NCBI GenBank assembly: GCA_951406725.2
Contig: OX597839.1
Location: forward strand, 6,386,001-6,450,000
DNA length: 64,000 nucleotides
From: Octopus vulgaris
Lineage: Eukaryota
Reading direction: 5' to 3'
Each line of letters starts with the position of its first letter. The stretch's first letter is position 1. The position numbers and the translations under genes are program-made. Below the pieces are notes generated by a model. The model was given only the letters and a program-made list of their open reading frames with translations. It did no database searches and was not told the DNA's origin. This document shows, in pieces, positions 60,670-64,000 of this stretch.

Positions 60670-61328
60670 CATACATACATATATGCATACATACATATGT
60701 ACATACATATATACATACATATATATATATACATACTTACATACATACATACATACATATATACATACATACATATATATACATACATACATATATACAT
60801 ACTTACATACATATATACATACTTACATGCATACATACATATATACATACATGCATACATATATATATACATACATATATACATACATATATACATACAT
60901 ACATATACACATACTTACATACATACATATATACATACATATATACATACATACATACATATATATACATTCAAACATATGTGTGTATATACATACAGAT
61001 ATATGTATGTATACATATAAATACACGTACAAACACACACACACACGTACACACACACACACACACACACACATACACACACACGTATATATATATATAG
61101 GTCGTCTGCTACTATTCAAAACTTGACCATTTCTTCTTTGTTGTGCTTTTTACGTGCATGGGCACCAAAGTGAATTATGTTGTGCCGAGGGCTGCTTGAA
61201 ATTTGCTTCACAAACAAGAAGCACAGTTTTGTTTGTCTCACTTCATTTGTGAAATTTTTTATTACTTTTTTAGTGCCACGCAGGAAGTTACATATCTTAC
61301 CACAAAATATGGTATATGAGCGTATCTT

Positions 61329-62003
61329 AAGGCGGCGAGCTGGCAAAAACGTTAGCACGCCGGGCGAAATGCGTAGCCGTATTTCATCTGCCGTTACTTT
61401 CTGAGTTCAAATTCCGCCGAGGTCGACTTTGCCTTTCATCATTTCGTCCTTTCGGGGTCGATTAAATAAGTACCAGTTACGTACTGGGGTCGATGTAATC
61501 GACTTAATACCTATGTCTGTCCTTGTTTGTCCCTTCTATGTTTAGCCCCTTGTGGGTAATAAAGAAATAGGTATTTCGTCTGCGTTACGTTGTGAGTTCA
61601 AATTCCACCGAGGTCGACTTTGCCTTTCATCCTTTCGGGGTCGATAAATTAAGTACCAGTTACGGACTGGGATCGATGTAATCGACTTAATACCTATGTC
61701 AGTCCTTGTTTGTCCCCTCTATGTTTAGCCCCTTGTGGGTAATAAAGAAATAGGTATATGAGCGTATCCTAAGGCGGCGAGCTGGCAAAAACGTTAGCAC
61801 GCCGGGCGAAATGCGTAGCCGTATTTCATCTGCCGTTACGTTGTGAGTTCAAATTCCGCCGAGGTCGACTTTGCCTTTCGTCCTTTCGGGGTCGATTAAA
61901 TAAGTACCAGTTACGCACTGGGGTCGATATAATCGACTTAATCCGTTTGTCTATCCTTGCTTGTCCCCTCTGTGTTTAGCCCCTTGTGGGTAGTAAAGAA
62001 ATA
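61329..62003 (+). mobile_element. SINE family B triple array (full + headless unit + full)
   Basis: 23-bp duplication AAATATGGTATATGAGCGTATCT at 61305-61327 and 62003-62025, with a partial internal copy at 61753-61768. Confidence 0.92.
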
Positions 62004-62519
62004 AATATGGTATATGAGCGTATCTGCTAATTATATGAAGATGATTCCTGGTATACAAGTGTAGTTACAGTGTCGTAGTGCCACTATCTGCAAGAAAAAG
62101 AGAACTTAATTCTTTAGAAGAATTATGATCTATTGCAGCTGAGGGAAGTATGTAGATTCGAGAACTCTCCGTCACTTAGCGGTTCGGCAAGAGAGACCGA
62201 TAGATCTCACGACCACCTCAATGGATAGAATATATTTATCAACACGTGCTTTCGTGCTAACAAAAGAGTTCTCATTCTTGACTTGTTACTATGGAAACAG
62301 GGATTAATATGTCTGTGGATTATGGCTGGCTAAAATTGGCCAAAACTTGCAAAATTTAAAAGCTATTGACGCTTTACTTATTGATTTATGGCTAAAATGA
62401 ATTTTGTGTCAATGGCTAGGATACAAAACTACATCATTACACCAAATATAAAATCAACTGGAACAGAAATTGAAGAAATTGAGAAGTGGCAGCGAAACAG
62501 AAAAGATCCCGTGTGTGTA

Positions 62520-62722
62520 TGTGCAAGTCTTTCGTTTCTGTCTGTTACCCGCTTAACAACCGGTGTTGGTGTGTTTACGTTCCTGTAACTTGGTAGTTCG
62601 ATAAGAGACAATTACAATAAATACCATGCTTTAAAAAGCAGGTCCTGGTGTCAATTCGATCGACTGAAAAGGCGATGCCATAGCATGACCGCAGTCTAAT
62701 GACTGTAACAAATAAAAGATTA
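62520..62722 (+). mobile_element. SINE family A, 3' half, diverged
   Basis: accggtgttggtgtgtttacg...gcatgaccgcagtctaatgactg. Confidence 0.65.
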
Positions 62723-62755
62723 TATATATATATCTCTAATTTAATATATATATAT

Positions 62756-63044
62756 AAACAATTGCAGCGTGGAAGGTGTTTGTAAGCCATTTAAGAAACA
62801 CACAAAAGCCGTTCGATTCACTTCAACATTTAAGTTTAATTTGTCAAAATATTTTCGTCGCTTTAAGACCGCGACCTGTTCACTGACAAAAATTCGTGCT
62901 GCATCCAAATTAAACTTAAATGTTGAAGTGAATCGAACAGCTTTTGTGTGTTTATTAAATGGCTTACAAACACCTTCGACGCGGCAATTGTTTTCGTTTC
63001 AGCACACGATCTCAGATCAAATCACTTGCTATGCAAGTACATCT

Positions 63045-63047
<3 letters not shown>
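62756..63047. mobile_element. Penelope-like (pLTR-type) non-autonomous element in (TA)n, with ~87-bp inverted repeat (about 62757-62843 / 62906-62993) around the hammerhead motif
   Basis: Arms differ at only a few positions; both flanks are (TA)n; right end is TCTCCC-(TA)n. Confidence 0.55.
62840..62890 (-). ncRNA. Minimal type-I hammerhead-ribozyme-like motif with G3:C8 core
   Basis: Minus strand: TTTGTCA-GTGAACA-G-GTCGC-ggtcttaaa-GCGAC-GAA-AATATT-T-TGACAAA. 7-bp stem I, 5-bp stem II, palindromic stem III (AATATT), predicted cleavage after UUU. Confidence 0.6.
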
Positions 63048-63128
<81 letters not shown>

Positions 63129-63244
63129 GTATTTATGTATGTATGTGTATGTATATATTTATATGTATATGTAATTTATATATATGTATATATATATATA
63201 TACATACGTGTATACATACATATATATATACATACGTGTATATA

Positions 63245-63330
<86 letters not shown>

Positions 63331-63837
63331 TACATATATACACACATAGATAAATACAAAAACGAAGTACCTATATGTAAACCTGTCTCTTTGTACGTTA
63401 ACACAAGTGTGTATAGACTTAGTGTAGCTGCTGGCGATTGTATTGCTGCAGGCTTCACTGAAAACAACAGGTGATGTTTAATTGATCAGCCACACCTTGC
63501 TGCCTTAACGAGGAAATTGTGAACAGTAAGAAGCGGAAACATTTCATCAATTAAAATACAAAGAAAGCTAAAAGGCTATGACGAATAATTGGAATACATA
63601 AACCTGAACACATAATAATGAGAAGCCAGTATACTAAGCAGTAAAGCTGGTTTGGTAGGGCCTTTCGTTACATATATATATATATATATTAACATATTTC
63701 ATTGACGGTATTACTGTGTATATGTGTAGGTGTTTGTATGGAGGTGTAAGGGTGCCTTTCTATCTGTAGGTTGGCGAGATGATGCTGTCAGGAGCTTGTG
63801 TTTAAGTGGGTGGCTTGGTGTATGCATGTATGTATGT

Positions 63838-64000
63838 GTGGAGGTGCAATGGCCCAGTGGTTAGGGCAGCGGACTCGCGGTCATAGGATCGCGGTTTCGA
63901 TTCCCAGACCGGGCGTTGTGAGTGTTTATTGAGCGAAAACACCTAAAGCTCCACGAGGCTCCCTCCGGCAGGGGATGGTGGTGATCCCTGCTGTACTCTT
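63838..64000 (+). mobile_element. SINE family C, cut by window end
   Basis: Near-identical to 27988-28140. Confidence 0.85.

Noticed and set aside
62769-63353. 194-aa ORF across the inverted repeat
   Set aside because: Palindromic non-coding element running into (TA)n.

Overview
AT-rich, microsatellite-saturated animal genomic DNA. The SINE repertoire and (TA)n/(CA)n/(GATA)n load look like an octopus (coleoid cephalopod) genome; this is inferred, not searched. Nearly all ORFs in the supplied track are microsatellite artefacts. The one convincing host coding signal is missing from the track: a minus-strand first coding exon (45112-45022) encoding a signal peptide (MASRSVLRWAALLLLFGYFSLVFIVTYALE) and ending at a GTAAGA phase-1 donor. 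It is preceded by a uORF whose stop overlaps the ATG (TAATG) and by a ~1.2 kb ATG-free low-complexity leader. Bases 1-45021 are probably a very large first intron. The rest is mobile DNA: at least four tRNA-derived SINE families, a mariner fragment, hAT-type and unclassified MITEs, HERO-like and R4/Dong-like non-LTR remnants, and minisatellites. The most striking items are short (TA)n-anchored elements carrying minimal hammerhead-ribozyme folds with non-canonical cores: G3:C8 at 62840-62890 inside a long inverted repeat, and U6 at 54005-54042 and 56727-56764. A SINE also recurs as head-to-tail multimers with the same junction at three loci. There is a 100-N assembly gap at 57119-57218.
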